Of a DNA stretch of 64,000 bases, positions 1 through 9,819 are shown piece after piece. Numbering within the stretch: position 1 is the stretch's first letter; the number at the start of each line of letters is the position of its first letter. The stretch lies in IMG/VR virus record IMGVR_UViG_3300033984_000473, positions 1-64,000 of that record; one strand, 5' to 3'. A program made the translations under genes and the position numbers. A model generated the notes under the pieces. The model made no database searches. It was not told where the DNA came from and worked only from the letters and a program-made list of their open reading frames with translations.

Positions 1-103
1 TGATGATAAAATGGCTGAATACCATAACTCAACTTTAGGTGAACTCTTAAAAATGGGTAATACTTTCGCAATAAAAAATGAAAAAATCAAAACTACAAAG
101 TAA
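1..103 (+). CDS. 3' end of a CDS entering from the left edge (…[33 protein letters not shown])
   Basis: Open frame from position 2 to TAA 101-103, which overlaps the next ATG (TAATG). Confidence 0.6.
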   Translation, partial: DDKMAEYHNSTLGELLKMGNTFAIKNEKIKTTK

Positions 104-684
104 TGTTTGATTTAGAATATATGCGAGAAAAAATATTTGAAATCGCTGACCCAGAAAATCCTTATACTCAAGAAGATTTTGATAAGGAATTTAGCTCAAC
201 AAATAGTACTATATCTGTTGATGAAAACGCTTACAAATTATTATTTCAATTCTCAAATAAATCAACCAATGAAGACCCAGAGTACGCAACTGCTGGGTCA
301 TCTGGTTTTGATTTAAGAGCTAACCTAGAAAACCCAATTACTATTCCAGTCGGACAACGAGCAATAGTACCTACTGGGTTATTCTTTAAAATACCAGAAA
401 ATTTCGAAATACAAATTAGACCTCGTAGTGGCTTAGCAGCCAAAAACGGTGTTACTGTATTGAATACACCTGGAACTATTGATGCCGATTATAGAGGTGA
501 AATACGAATAATCCTAATCAATTTAGGATACGAACCTTTCAATATCAACCATGGCGATAGAATTGCTCAAGCGGTTGTAGCATCTGTATTTGCTAAAAAT
601 ACAATAAACCTTTCAAAGGTAGAAGAAATAAGCAACGATACCGAACGTGGTGCTGGTGGTTTTGGTAGTACTGGAAAGAACTAA
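103..684 (+). CDS. dut: Trimeric dUTPase with an N-terminal extension
   Basis: Motifs [41 protein letters not shown]. Confidence 0.97.
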   Translation: MFDLEYMREKIFEIADPENPYTQEDFDKEFSSTNSTISVDENAYKLLFQFSNKSTNEDPEYATAGSSGFDLRANLENPITIPVGQRAIVPTGLFFKIPENFEIQIRPRSGLAAKNGVTVLNTPGTIDADYRGEIRIILINLGYEPFNINHGDRIAQAVVASVFAKNTINLSKVEEISNDTERGAGGFGSTGKN

Positions 685-1073
685 TGAAATTTAACGAAAA
701 ATATGATTCAATAATGGAAGATAATGGTCTAATTGATAAATGGACCAAAATTGGTATGTTAGAAAATGGCAACAAAACACTAGCTATTGCGTTTGAAATT
801 GCGGCAGTTTATTTGGTAGATTTAGATGATATGAATAGTTCGTTAAACACACTAGTTTTTCCAGCCATTCACAGAATCTTTAGAGATAGAACAGGGGACT
901 TCAATTTTGAAGAATTAAAATTTGAGGTAATAACTGTTATTCACTTACTAAGTGAAAAATTACATTTAATCGATGGTTTATCATGTGTGAATTTTATCGA
1001 TTGTGAAGCACAATTTTTAACAGCATTTGCTGACAAATATAAAGAACAAAAAGAAAAACAAAATGATAAATAA
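684..1073 (+). CDS. Small protein resembling two segments of the major capsid protein (mini-gp23 paralog)
   Basis: KWTKIGML…LAIAFEIAAVYL…NSSLNTLVFPAIHRIF and FIDCEAQFLTAF align by eye to gp23 KWDSLGFL…IAQLYENQASTL…NSSGSFETVVFPIVRRVF and NIDAEAELTAML. Confidence 0.65.
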   Translation: MKFNEKYDSIMEDNGLIDKWTKIGMLENGNKTLAIAFEIAAVYLVDLDDMNSSLNTLVFPAIHRIFRDRTGDFNFEELKFEVITVIHLLSEKLHLIDGLSCVNFIDCEAQFLTAFADKYKEQKEKQNDK

Positions 1074-2061
1074 ATTCGATTTTAACGACATTTTAATTAA
1101 ACCAGCAGCTGTTTCATACATTGAAAGCAGACAAGACATTAACCCATTTTACGATGGGTTTTTACCTTTGATAACAGCACCAATGGATACAGTAATCGAT
1201 AATGAAAATGAAAACCTATTTACTAGGGCAAATATAGTAACGTGTTTACCTAGAGGTGAAAAAAATAACTCTAAAGGTTTTGAATCTTATTCTTTAGATG
1301 AAATCCATAATAAACTATTGCTCAATAGTTTGGACCCTAATGGTATGTATCTTATTGATATAGCCAATGGTCACATGGAAAAACTTTTAATCATGACCAG
1401 AGCAATCAAGGAAAGACACCCAAACTTAAAACTTATGGTTGGTAACGTTGCTAACCCAGAAACCTATGTTGATTTATCTAACGCTGGTGCTGATTATATT
1501 AGAATCGGTATCGGAAATGGTGGTGGTTGTAGTACAACAGTACATACAGGTGTTGGATATCCAATGGGTTCTCTAGTTAGAGAATGTTACTTAGCTTCAA
1601 AGTTGTTGGGAAAACCAGCTAAGATTGTTGCCGATGGTGGAATGCAAAACTATAGTGATATTATTAAAGCTTTGGCTTTGGGTGCTGATTTTGTAATGGT
1701 TGGAAGCCTTTTTAATAAAGCCATGGATTCATGTGGTGATAACTACCTATGGAAATTCATTAGAGTACCGCAAGGCCTAGCTGAGATAGCATATCAATGT
1801 AAAATACCAGTTTACAAAAAGTTTAGAGGTATGAGTACCAAAGAAGTACAAAAAAAGTGGGGCAAGATAACCTTGACAAGTTCGGAAGGTGTGATTAGAT
1901 TTAGAAGAGTTAAATATTCATTAAATCAATGGGTAAATAACTTTGAAGATTATCTTCGTTCATCAATGAGCTACTCTAACGCTAATAACTTAGAGGAATT
2001 TATAGGAAACGCAGAAACAATAAGAATAACAGATAACGCATTTAATAGATACAACAAATAA
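1063..2061 (+). CDS. GMP reductase / IMP dehydrogenase family protein without CBS domains
   Basis: FDFNDILIKP, TAPMDTV, IDIANGH, catalytic loop GIGNGGGCSTT, ADGG, KALALGADFVMVGS, flap RGMST…SEG (more GMPR-like). ATG 1063 preferred over TTG 1027. Confidence 0.88.
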   Translation: MINKFDFNDILIKPAAVSYIESRQDINPFYDGFLPLITAPMDTVIDNENENLFTRANIVTCLPRGEKNNSKGFESYSLDEIHNKLLLNSLDPNGMYLIDIANGHMEKLLIMTRAIKERHPNLKLMVGNVANPETYVDLSNAGADYIRIGIGNGGGCSTTVHTGVGYPMGSLVRECYLASKLLGKPAKIVADGGMQNYSDIIKALALGADFVMVGSLFNKAMDSCGDNYLWKFIRVPQGLAEIAYQCKIPVYKKFRGMSTKEVQKKWGKITLTSSEGVIRFRRVKYSLNQWVNNFEDYLRSSMSYSNANNLEEFIGNAETIRITDNAFNRYNK

Positions 2062-3710
2062 TGGTAACAGTAGTATATTGTACAAGAGAAACAAACCCAA
2101 CACACAAAGAACATTTGATTAAGAGCTCTGGGCTTCATAATAACATCGAGGTTATTGAAATAATCAATAATGGTGAATCACTAACCAAAGCATATAATCG
2201 TGGCTTAAAACAAGCTAAAAACGATATTGTCATATTTTGTCATGACGATTTAACCATTGAAACTAAACAATGGGGTTCTAAGCTGCTTAAACAGTTTCAA
2301 AAGAATCCAGAATATGGTATCATTGGCGTTGCTGGTAGTAAACACATGCCAGTATCTGGTCAATGGTGGGAAAAGAAAAACAAAATGTATGGTCGTGTAC
2401 AACATACTCACGAAGGTAAGTCTTGGTTATCAGCATATAGTGATGATTTAGGACAGGAATTAGAAGAAGTTGTAATCGTTGATGGTCTTTGGTTTGCGGT
2501 TGATAAGACTAAAATCAAAAAAGAATTTAATGAAAACGTTGAAGGCTTTCATTTCTATGATGTAACTTTTGCTTTTGAAAACTATTTGGAAGGTGTTAAG
2601 GTTGGTGTAACAACAGCAATCAGAATAAACCATCAATCTATCGGTATGACCAACGAAGCATGGGAGAAAAATAGAGCTGACTTTTCAGAAGCCTACCAAG
2701 CCCATTTACCAGCTGACATCAAAAGAGTTTTGCGTAAAAATGAAAAATTAAATGTTCTAATTGGTTGTCTTAGCTTTGCTAACTACACTGGTTCAGAGTT
2801 ATATGTTTTTGAGTTAGCTAAACAATTAATCAAACAAGGTTGTGATGTTAGCATTTGTTCAAACATAGGTCAACCATTAGCTTCAGCGGCAAACAAGTTA
2901 GGTATTAAGATGTACAACTTACAAGAACCGCCTGGTTTTAAATTAGGTGATGGTAAATGGTTATTAAAATCTCCAACTGGTGATGTTGTTTCACAAGAGA
3001 ACACACTTTATAATGTGATACCAACAAACTTTGATGTCATTCATATGAATCATAAGCCAGTTACAGAACATTTATTAAGGTTATACCCAAACACACCAAT
3101 CATCTGTTCAATCCATTCTGAAGTTATTCCTTTGGAAGAACCAGTAATATCACCTTTGATTAAAAAATACATAGCGATTAGACCAGAGATTAAAGATTAT
3201 ATTGTTGATACTTTTGGAATTACTGAAGAAAACGTTAGTGTTATCTACAATCCGATTGATTCTGAAAAATTCAAACCAGTTAATAACACTGAAAAACGAG
3301 ATAAAAAAAGAATTCTTTTTGTTGGAACTATCGATTACTTAAGACGTGAAACAATTCAAGACTTGGTGAATACGACCAGAGAAAATAATCAAGAATTATG
3401 GATTGTTGGTAAAAAGAATGACACTTATTTAGACGATATGATTAATGGACAAACCCATGTATCGTATTTTGAACCAACATCAAGTATTGAGAAATATATC
3501 CATCAATGTGATGAAACTGCTGGTATACTTTTAGGTAGAACAACAATTGAAGGTTGGTTATGTGGTAAAAAAGGTTGGATTTATAACGTAGATTCTACAG
3601 GTGTAATCAAATCAAAAGAACTACATGATATTCCAGTAGATGTTGATAAATTTAACGCTACAAATATTACCAAAACAATAATTGAAGAATACAAATTGAT
3701 ACTAGAATAA
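2061..3710 (+). CDS. Two-domain glycosyltransferase (GT-A/GT2-like N-terminus, GT-B/GT4-like C-terminus)
   Basis: SLTKAYNRG, IFCHDDL, VDGLWF, FHFYD; then TGSELYVFELAKQL, VIYNPID, ILFVG. Confidence 0.85.
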   Translation: MVTVVYCTRETNPTHKEHLIKSSGLHNNIEVIEIINNGESLTKAYNRGLKQAKNDIVIFCHDDLTIETKQWGSKLLKQFQKNPEYGIIGVAGSKHMPVSGQWWEKKNKMYGRVQHTHEGKSWLSAYSDDLGQELEEVVIVDGLWFAVDKTKIKKEFNENVEGFHFYDVTFAFENYLEGVKVGVTTAIRINHQSIGMTNEAWEKNRADFSEAYQAHLPADIKRVLRKNEKLNVLIGCLSFANYTGSELYVFELAKQLIKQGCDVSICSNIGQPLASAANKLGIKMYNLQEPPGFKLGDGKWLLKSPTGDVVSQENTLYNVIPTNFDVIHMNHKPVTEHLLRLYPNTPIICSIHSEVIPLEEPVISPLIKKYIAIRPEIKDYIVDTFGITEENVSVIYNPIDSEKFKPVNNTEKRDKKRILFVGTIDYLRRETIQDLVNTTRENNQELWIVGKKNDTYLDDMINGQTHVSYFEPTSSIEKYIHQCDETAGILLGRTTIEGWLCGKKGWIYNVDSTGVIKSKELHDIPVDVDKFNATNITKTIIEEYKLILE

Positions 3711-4663
3711 TGAGTAAGATACAAGAATGGTTTAATAGAAAACTTGCGATATTATCAATCGCTCTTAGCAATGTTGAAAAAGGTGCTTTGGCACAAACAG
3801 GTGAGTCTTTAGGTACTGGTATAAACCAAAACCAAAGGCTTTCACAAGGTAAATTATCGGATTCATTAGTGAATGGGGAAATTACCCAAGAAGTGCTTAA
3901 TTTAAAATGGCGAACATATAAAATATTAAGAGCTAGCGAAGGCTTAACAGCCGAGATAGTAGGGTATGATGCCGATGGTATGCCAATCACAAAGGTTAAA
4001 AAAAGAAATTCTAAAAAAGGGTTAAAAAAGGTTGTGTTAGATAATAACGATAATTTTCCTTTAGAAATGGTTGTTGATAATAGTGAAATATCTACTGGTA
4101 GCAATGATGCTATGGATAATGATTATATCAGTATCCTAGACGAAGTATCTTTTAACCTAGATGCCGATGGCGGTGTTCTTAGTGCAACACATGGTAGTAT
4201 TAAAAGTACTGAATATTTTGCAACAAATAAAAACGAAAAACCAATTGTTGTTGAAAGAGAGTACATACCAAATTTTAAGATAGAAGACTACACTACAAAA
4301 CTTAATGTTAGAAAAATTAATAAAAAACAAAGACTATTGGAATTTTGTGTAAGCATTTACGCAGACGAGTACAACAGAACTAGTAGGTTATTTTTAAGTG
4401 CTATTAAAAAAGCGATGGAGAATCCAAGTCAAGCCAATATGTTATCGATAGATAAAGTTAGCTTTGTAACTTATAAAACAATGGGTGCTTCAGATTATTT
4501 GGAATACGAATACGAAATAACTTCATTTGATAAAATAATCGAATTTAACGGAAACTATGTTATAAAGTTTATTGGAGATATAAGTATCGATGGTAAAGAT
4601 ATCTTAGAAGAACATAGAGTCGAATCGTTAGATAAGAAATATGAAAATAAAGAAAAAAAATAA
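3710..4663 (+). CDS. Hypothetical phage protein
   Basis: 317-aa ORF translationally coupled (TAATG) at both ends; no recognised motif. Confidence 0.75.
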   Translation: MSKIQEWFNRKLAILSIALSNVEKGALAQTGESLGTGINQNQRLSQGKLSDSLVNGEITQEVLNLKWRTYKILRASEGLTAEIVGYDADGMPITKVKKRNSKKGLKKVVLDNNDNFPLEMVVDNSEISTGSNDAMDNDYISILDEVSFNLDADGGVLSATHGSIKSTEYFATNKNEKPIVVEREYIPNFKIEDYTTKLNVRKINKKQRLLEFCVSIYADEYNRTSRLFLSAIKKAMENPSQANMLSIDKVSFVTYKTMGASDYLEYEYEITSFDKIIEFNGNYVIKFIGDISIDGKDILEEHRVESLDKKYENKEKK

Positions 4664-5298
4664 TGAGTGTTTTAAGTAATCATTTTGATAAGGTATATTG
4701 TGTAAACCTTAATAGACGAGCAGATAGATGGGAAAAAGTTTGTAAAGAATTTAACCGATTGGGTATTGATGAAGTTGAACGCTACGAAGCAATTGATGGG
4801 AAAGAATTTGACTGGTCAACAATCAAATTCAACCCTAGTTTGTTGGTTGGTGAATTAGGGTTGATTGAAACTCACATCAACTTAATCAAAGAAGCCAAAG
4901 AAAAAGGTTATAAAAGTGTTTTGATATTTGAAGATGATGTGTATTTTACATCTGAATTCGATAAATTAGATGAATACATGGCAGCGTTGCCGACAAATTG
5001 GGATATGATATACTTAGGTGGTAACCATAGCTATGGTCCAACACCTGTAAATGTTAATGATAAAATATTAAAATTAACCAAGACATATACAACACATTGT
5101 ATTGCTATAAAAGATACCTTATACGATACAATTATTGCAATGACCGAAGGTAGAAAAAAACAAATAGATGTTTACTACGCTGATTTACAAAACTTATATA
5201 ACGTCTATGGTTTTACACCGAATATGGCACTACAAACTATTGATTTTAGTGACATACAAAATCGACAAGTAAACTATAACAATTATTTTAAACAATGA
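4663..5298 (+). CDS. Glycosyltransferase family 25-like
   Basis: YCVNLNRRADRW, EAIDG, LIFEDDV, WDMIYLG. Confidence 0.88.
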   Translation: MSVLSNHFDKVYCVNLNRRADRWEKVCKEFNRLGIDEVERYEAIDGKEFDWSTIKFNPSLLVGELGLIETHINLIKEAKEKGYKSVLIFEDDVYFTSEFDKLDEYMAALPTNWDMIYLGGNHSYGPTPVNVNDKILKLTKTYTTHCIAIKDTLYDTIIAMTEGRKKQIDVYYADLQNLYNVYGFTPNMALQTIDFSDIQNRQVNYNNYFKQ

Positions 5299-6095
5299 TA
5301 TGTTGTAATTTAAAAGGTGGTCTAGGTAATATGTTATTTCAGATTGCTGCGGCCAAGTCAATGGCTGTTGATACAAACAACAAATGTTGTTTTCCAAATC
5401 TAAATAGTCATTTACATTATTTAGATTCTGATATGATGTACAATCCAGTTTTAAGACATAGTTCTGAATATATGAAACTTTTAAAAAACTTGGAAGTATG
5501 TGGAATTGTTGATTATGGGAATACCATTAAATTTCCTTTTGAATACGTTGAAGTTCAACTTTCAAAATATAACACCTACATTGATGGGTTCTTTCAAAGT
5601 GAAAAGTATTTTAAACACAATAGAAAAGAAGTTTTAGAGTTTTTAGATTTTAGTTTTATTTCTCAAGAATATATTGATGAAAAATATGGGTTCTTTAGGG
5701 GTAATCACACAACATCAATACACGTTAGGCGTGGTGACTATCTAAGACACCCAAACCACCACCCACCGCAAACATTAGAATACTATATGGAAGGTGTTGA
5801 AATGTTAAAAGATAAAACTGATTTATTTGTCATCTTTAGTGATGATATTGAATGGTGTAAAGTAAACCTAGATTTAGATAATGCGGTTTACATTGAAAAC
5901 GAAAAAGATTATATTGAACTATATTTGATGAAAATTTGTAACAACAACATCACCTGTAATTCATCGTTTGGCTGGTGGGGAGCTTGGTTAAATGAAAATT
6001 CAGATAAGATAGTTATCGGACCCAAGATATGGTTCGGTTCAGCAATACAACATAACACAGGGGATATAATACCCGAAGATTGGATTAAAATTTAA
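5295..6095 (+). CDS. Alpha-1,2-fucosyltransferase (GT11 family)
   Basis: GGLGNMLFQ, DGFFQSEKYF, SIHVRRGDY, FSDDIEWC, NSSFGWWGAWL. Confidence 0.93.
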   Translation: MICCNLKGGLGNMLFQIAAAKSMAVDTNNKCCFPNLNSHLHYLDSDMMYNPVLRHSSEYMKLLKNLEVCGIVDYGNTIKFPFEYVEVQLSKYNTYIDGFFQSEKYFKHNRKEVLEFLDFSFISQEYIDEKYGFFRGNHTTSIHVRRGDYLRHPNHHPPQTLEYYMEGVEMLKDKTDLFVIFSDDIEWCKVNLDLDNAVYIENEKDYIELYLMKICNNNITCNSSFGWWGAWLNENSDKIVIGPKIWFGSAIQHNTGDIIPEDWIKI

Positions 6096-6096
6096 T

Positions 6097-6519
6097 ATGG
6101 AAAAAATTTACTCAAAAGTAGAAGAAGGAAAACTATTACACATAATCAATAGACTTAGCGAAATAGAAGGTAGAACCGAAGCGGTTCCAGAAGATAATTT
6201 CATTCAATGTGCTACATTGAAAATGGAAAAAGGAAAAACATTCCCACCACACAAACACATAACAAAAGATAGACACTATCCAGAACAAATAGCTCAAGAA
6301 TCATGGGTTGTAATCAAAGGAAGTGTTAAGTGTATCTTTTACGATATTGATGACACAATCATCGCCACTCCAACCTTAGAAGCTGGCGATGCTAGCTTTA
6401 CACTTTATGGTGGTCATACCTATGAAATATTAGAAGACGATACTATTGTTTATGAATATAAAACTGGACCTTATGAAGGTCAAAAACTGGACAAAACATT
6501 TATTAGCAATGACAAATAG
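6097..6519 (+). CDS. Cupin-fold protein (WbuC/sugar isomerase-like)
   Basis: PPHKH…QESWVVIKG…GGHTYEILED…EYKTGPY cupin pattern inside a sugar cluster. Confidence 0.75.
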   Translation: MEKIYSKVEEGKLLHIINRLSEIEGRTEAVPEDNFIQCATLKMEKGKTFPPHKHITKDRHYPEQIAQESWVVIKGSVKCIFYDIDDTIIATPTLEAGDASFTLYGGHTYEILEDDTIVYEYKTGPYEGQKLDKTFISNDK

Positions 6520-7111
6520 TGATGGGATAACAAAATGGTTTAGAGATAACGGTGATTATACTCATAATATAACCTATAGTTTAACTGAGGATTCGGTTAT
6601 AATGGATTTAGGTGGGTATACAGGTGTTTGGGCTCAACAGATGATTGACAAATATAACCCAAATGTTTATATCTTAGAACCAGTGGTTAAATTTCATGAT
6701 GGTATGGTTTCAAAATTTAAAAATAACTCCAAAGTACGTTTATTAAACGTTGGTGTTGGAACCGAAGATAAAGATGGTTTTATCTTTATAAGTGGTGATG
6801 CTACGTCATCTAATCTAGCCAATGGTGAATCAATTAGTGTTAAGTTTAATACGATTGATACAATATTAGAAAAATGGGGTTTAAATGAAGTTGATTTGAT
6901 TCAAATTAACATTGAAGGTGATGAATATCCGTTATTAGAACACATGATATCAACTGGTTCTATAAACAAATTTAAAAACATACAAGTTCAATTTCATTTA
7001 GGTATTGAAAACGATGTCGATAGACGAAATAAAATTCAAGAAGGTTTTATGGCCAATGGATTCAAAAATAATTTTGATTACCCATTTGTTTGGGAATCAT
7101 GGGGTAAATAA
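6509..7111 (+). CDS. FkbM-family SAM-dependent methyltransferase
   Basis: MDLGGYTG, ILEPV, DLIQINIEGDEY, QVQFH; ATG 6509 overlaps the upstream stop region. Confidence 0.85.
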   Translation: MTNSDGITKWFRDNGDYTHNITYSLTEDSVIMDLGGYTGVWAQQMIDKYNPNVYILEPVVKFHDGMVSKFKNNSKVRLLNVGVGTEDKDGFIFISGDATSSNLANGESISVKFNTIDTILEKWGLNEVDLIQINIEGDEYPLLEHMISTGSINKFKNIQVQFHLGIENDVDRRNKIQEGFMANGFKNNFDYPFVWESWGK

Positions 7112-7119
7112 TATTAATT

Positions 7120-7980
7120 ATGAAAGTTTTATTTAATTACGCAGATTTAAAGTTTTATAACTCACAAAAATTAAATACGGAAACTGGTTTAAGTATTGGT
7201 GGTTTTGATAAAGTATTTGACTTTAAAAAAGAAGATATAACCCAAGAGTTTTATCTGAAATATAAGAACATCCTAGACCAACCTAGAGGTGCTGGTTATT
7301 GGTTATGGAAATTTCATTTTGCTACGAGATTGTTAAATGACGAATCAATACCAGAAGATAGTTATATTTTCTACGCAGACTCTGGTTCAAAGTTTATTGG
7401 TTCTATTGATGAATTAATAAGCGTTTTTGAAAGAGATAATCTTTCGGTTATGACATTCAGACAAAACCATTTAAGTTATGTTTGGACCAAAAGAGATGCT
7501 TTTATTTTAACCGATACTGACTCACCAGAATATACACATACTGGTGCTAGGGTTGGTGGTTGGTTTTTATTAAAGAAGAATGATTTTAGTCGAGAATTTA
7601 TGGGTAAATGCCTTGAATATGGCTGCGACCATAGAATTATAACGGATTCACCCAACGAATTAGGTGTTCCAAATTATAATGGTTTTATTGAGAACCGTCA
7701 TGACGAAACAGTAATTACACTAGTTAGTAAAAAATATGGGTTATTTCCGTATCGAAACCCATCACAATGGGGTTATACTGGTGACGTTAACTTTACAGAC
7801 AATATGTATGGTGAAGAAGCCACTAAAAAAATGGTTGAGAAATTCGGAGAACTGTCAACATGGGGAAATAAATATGGTAACTATTTCCATGGCGAATCGT
7901 TAAATCAATACCCTCATTTTGAAATTGACGACAAATCCACCTACCCAACAATAATGGATTTACATAAAAGCCCACAATAA
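7120..7980 (+). CDS. Putative glycosyltransferase-like protein
   Basis: RGAGYWLWK, FYADSG, WTKRD, ENRHDET pattern suggests a GT-A-like protein; cluster context. Confidence 0.55.
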   Translation: MKVLFNYADLKFYNSQKLNTETGLSIGGFDKVFDFKKEDITQEFYLKYKNILDQPRGAGYWLWKFHFATRLLNDESIPEDSYIFYADSGSKFIGSIDELISVFERDNLSVMTFRQNHLSYVWTKRDAFILTDTDSPEYTHTGARVGGWFLLKKNDFSREFMGKCLEYGCDHRIITDSPNELGVPNYNGFIENRHDETVITLVSKKYGLFPYRNPSQWGYTGDVNFTDNMYGEEATKKMVEKFGELSTWGNKYGNYFHGESLNQYPHFEIDDKSTYPTIMDLHKSPQ

Positions 7981-7983
7981 TAT

Positions 7984-8523
7984 ATGATAAAAGCACTAGG
8001 TAGCGATATAATCGTTGATGACGATGTCGTTGTAAAACAAGAATTAACAATAAATGGTTCACACGTAGCGATAGATAAAGGATTTTATTGTACAACAAAT
8101 TCTACAATTGGTGATTATGTACATATTGGACCTTATGTTACAATTATAGGCGGTAAAGAAGGCAGCTTCAAAGCTGCTGGTTTTAACAATATAATGGCTG
8201 GTGCCAGAATTGTGTGTGGGTCTGATAGATTTGACGACAGCGGCTTATTTGGGGCCATGATTCCAAAAGAATTAAAAGGCACTCAAATAATCGAACCAGT
8301 AGTTATGGAAGAATTTTCTAATATCGGAACAAACGCTATTGTGTTGCCTGGTTCAACACTTAGACGAGGTGTTTTATTAACAGCTGGTAGTTTGTTAATG
8401 GGTGATACCGAAGAATGGGGTGTTTATAAAGGGAATCCAGCGGTCTTGGTTAAAAAAATCAACCCAACAAAAATAATCGAAAATGCTAAAAAATTAGGAT
8501 ATGATTTACATAATAGGGGATAG
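7984..8523 (+). CDS. Hexapeptide-repeat (left-handed beta-helix) sugar acetyltransferase
   Basis: IGDYVHIGPYVTI, NIGTNAIVLPGSTL, VYKGNPA. Confidence 0.88.
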   Translation: MIKALGSDIIVDDDVVVKQELTINGSHVAIDKGFYCTTNSTIGDYVHIGPYVTIIGGKEGSFKAAGFNNIMAGARIVCGSDRFDDSGLFGAMIPKELKGTQIIEPVVMEEFSNIGTNAIVLPGSTLRRGVLLTAGSLLMGDTEEWGVYKGNPAVLVKKINPTKIIENAKKLGYDLHNRG

Positions 8524-9187
8524 CCATGTATCAATCTTTTCGGGTGTTGATACCAAATCAGACGGGCAAATGCATATGCAACCAGAATTCGGTTATTGTT
8601 ATACATTATCACAAGGACAACTCCAACCTTTGATTAACCCTTTCGAACAAAAACTGTCTGAATTTTTAGCAATAAAAGCTGGTTCATATACAGCATATAA
8701 TTCATTTAATAAATTACACAAAATAGAACAAATTATATCCGAATACAATATCGGTGATAATGATTATGTTTTTTTATGTTTTGGTCAAATTGATATTCAA
8801 AACCATATAATACCAAATTCGACAAATGTTGGTGTTGTTGAAACTGTTAAGATTTGTGTTGATAGATACATTAAAACACTTAACTATTTAAAAACAAAAT
8901 ACCCAAATATTAATATCGGTGCTTATGGTGCACCAGCAACATCAATAGGTTGTGGTAATATACCTAAAATCAATAAAGAAGAAGCTATAAACTATAATAA
9001 TATTACATTATGGTTTAATGAATATCTTAAAATTAAGTGTGAAGAATTTAATATCGCATTTAAAGATATTTCTAAAAACTTATTAACTGATGACGGTTCA
9101 ACAAATAATAAATTTGTAATTGACGATATTCATTTGTCAATAAACGCAATACCCTTTTTACTAAATGAGTTTTCAGATATAATATGA
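8501..9187 (+). CDS. SGNH/GDSL-like hydrolase or O-acyltransferase
   Basis: IIGDSH block I, CFGQID, C-terminal DDIH. Confidence 0.72.
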   Translation: MIYIIGDSHVSIFSGVDTKSDGQMHMQPEFGYCYTLSQGQLQPLINPFEQKLSEFLAIKAGSYTAYNSFNKLHKIEQIISEYNIGDNDYVFLCFGQIDIQNHIIPNSTNVGVVETVKICVDRYIKTLNYLKTKYPNINIGAYGAPATSIGCGNIPKINKEEAINYNNITLWFNEYLKIKCEEFNIAFKDISKNLLTDDGSTNNKFVIDDIHLSINAIPFLLNEFSDII

Positions 9188-9819
9188 TACAATTTCATAC
9201 ATATGGCGATAGCCACGCATCAGAACATGGTAGTTGGACCAACATAAATATAAATGGTGTAAACATTGTTGTTAATTGGCTTGGACCTAGGTTAATGTAC
9301 AGTTTTGGTAGAGATAAAAACAAAATAGTACAAGATAACATGATAAATGATGGTGATTATATTTGTTTTTGTTTCGGAGAAATAGATTGCAGAGCCCACA
9401 TCAATAAATATGAACCAAATTGGTGTAAATCCATTGATAATATGGTTTCAGAATATTTTATTGCAATATCAAATAATGTGTCAAACTTAAACGTAAAGAC
9501 GTGTGTTTATAATGTTGTACCACAATTAGAAAGAGGGTTACCCGAAAATATGTGGATAGCCAAATGGGATGAGGAAAACTCTCACAATCCAAATGTTTTA
9601 CCAGCATTAGGAACCAATGAAGACAGGGTTAAATATAGTCTTTATATGAATGAAAAACTGAAAGAATATTGTGATTTATATGGGTACATATTTTTTGATA
9701 TTTACAACAAATACACCAACGATAAAGGATATTTAAACCCAACTTATTCAGATACTAACTGTCACATAAAAGACCCAATTTTTATAAAAGAAAGATTAGA
9801 AAAAATAATTTATGGATAG
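9184..9819 (+). CDS. SGNH/GDSL-like hydrolase (paralog of the preceding gene)
   Basis: YGDSH, CFGEIDCR, DTNCH. Confidence 0.72.
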   Translation: MIQFHTYGDSHASEHGSWTNININGVNIVVNWLGPRLMYSFGRDKNKIVQDNMINDGDYICFCFGEIDCRAHINKYEPNWCKSIDNMVSEYFIAISNNVSNLNVKTCVYNVVPQLERGLPENMWIAKWDEENSHNPNVLPALGTNEDRVKYSLYMNEKLKEYCDLYGYIFFDIYNKYTNDKGYLNPTYSDTNCHIKDPIFIKERLEKIIYG

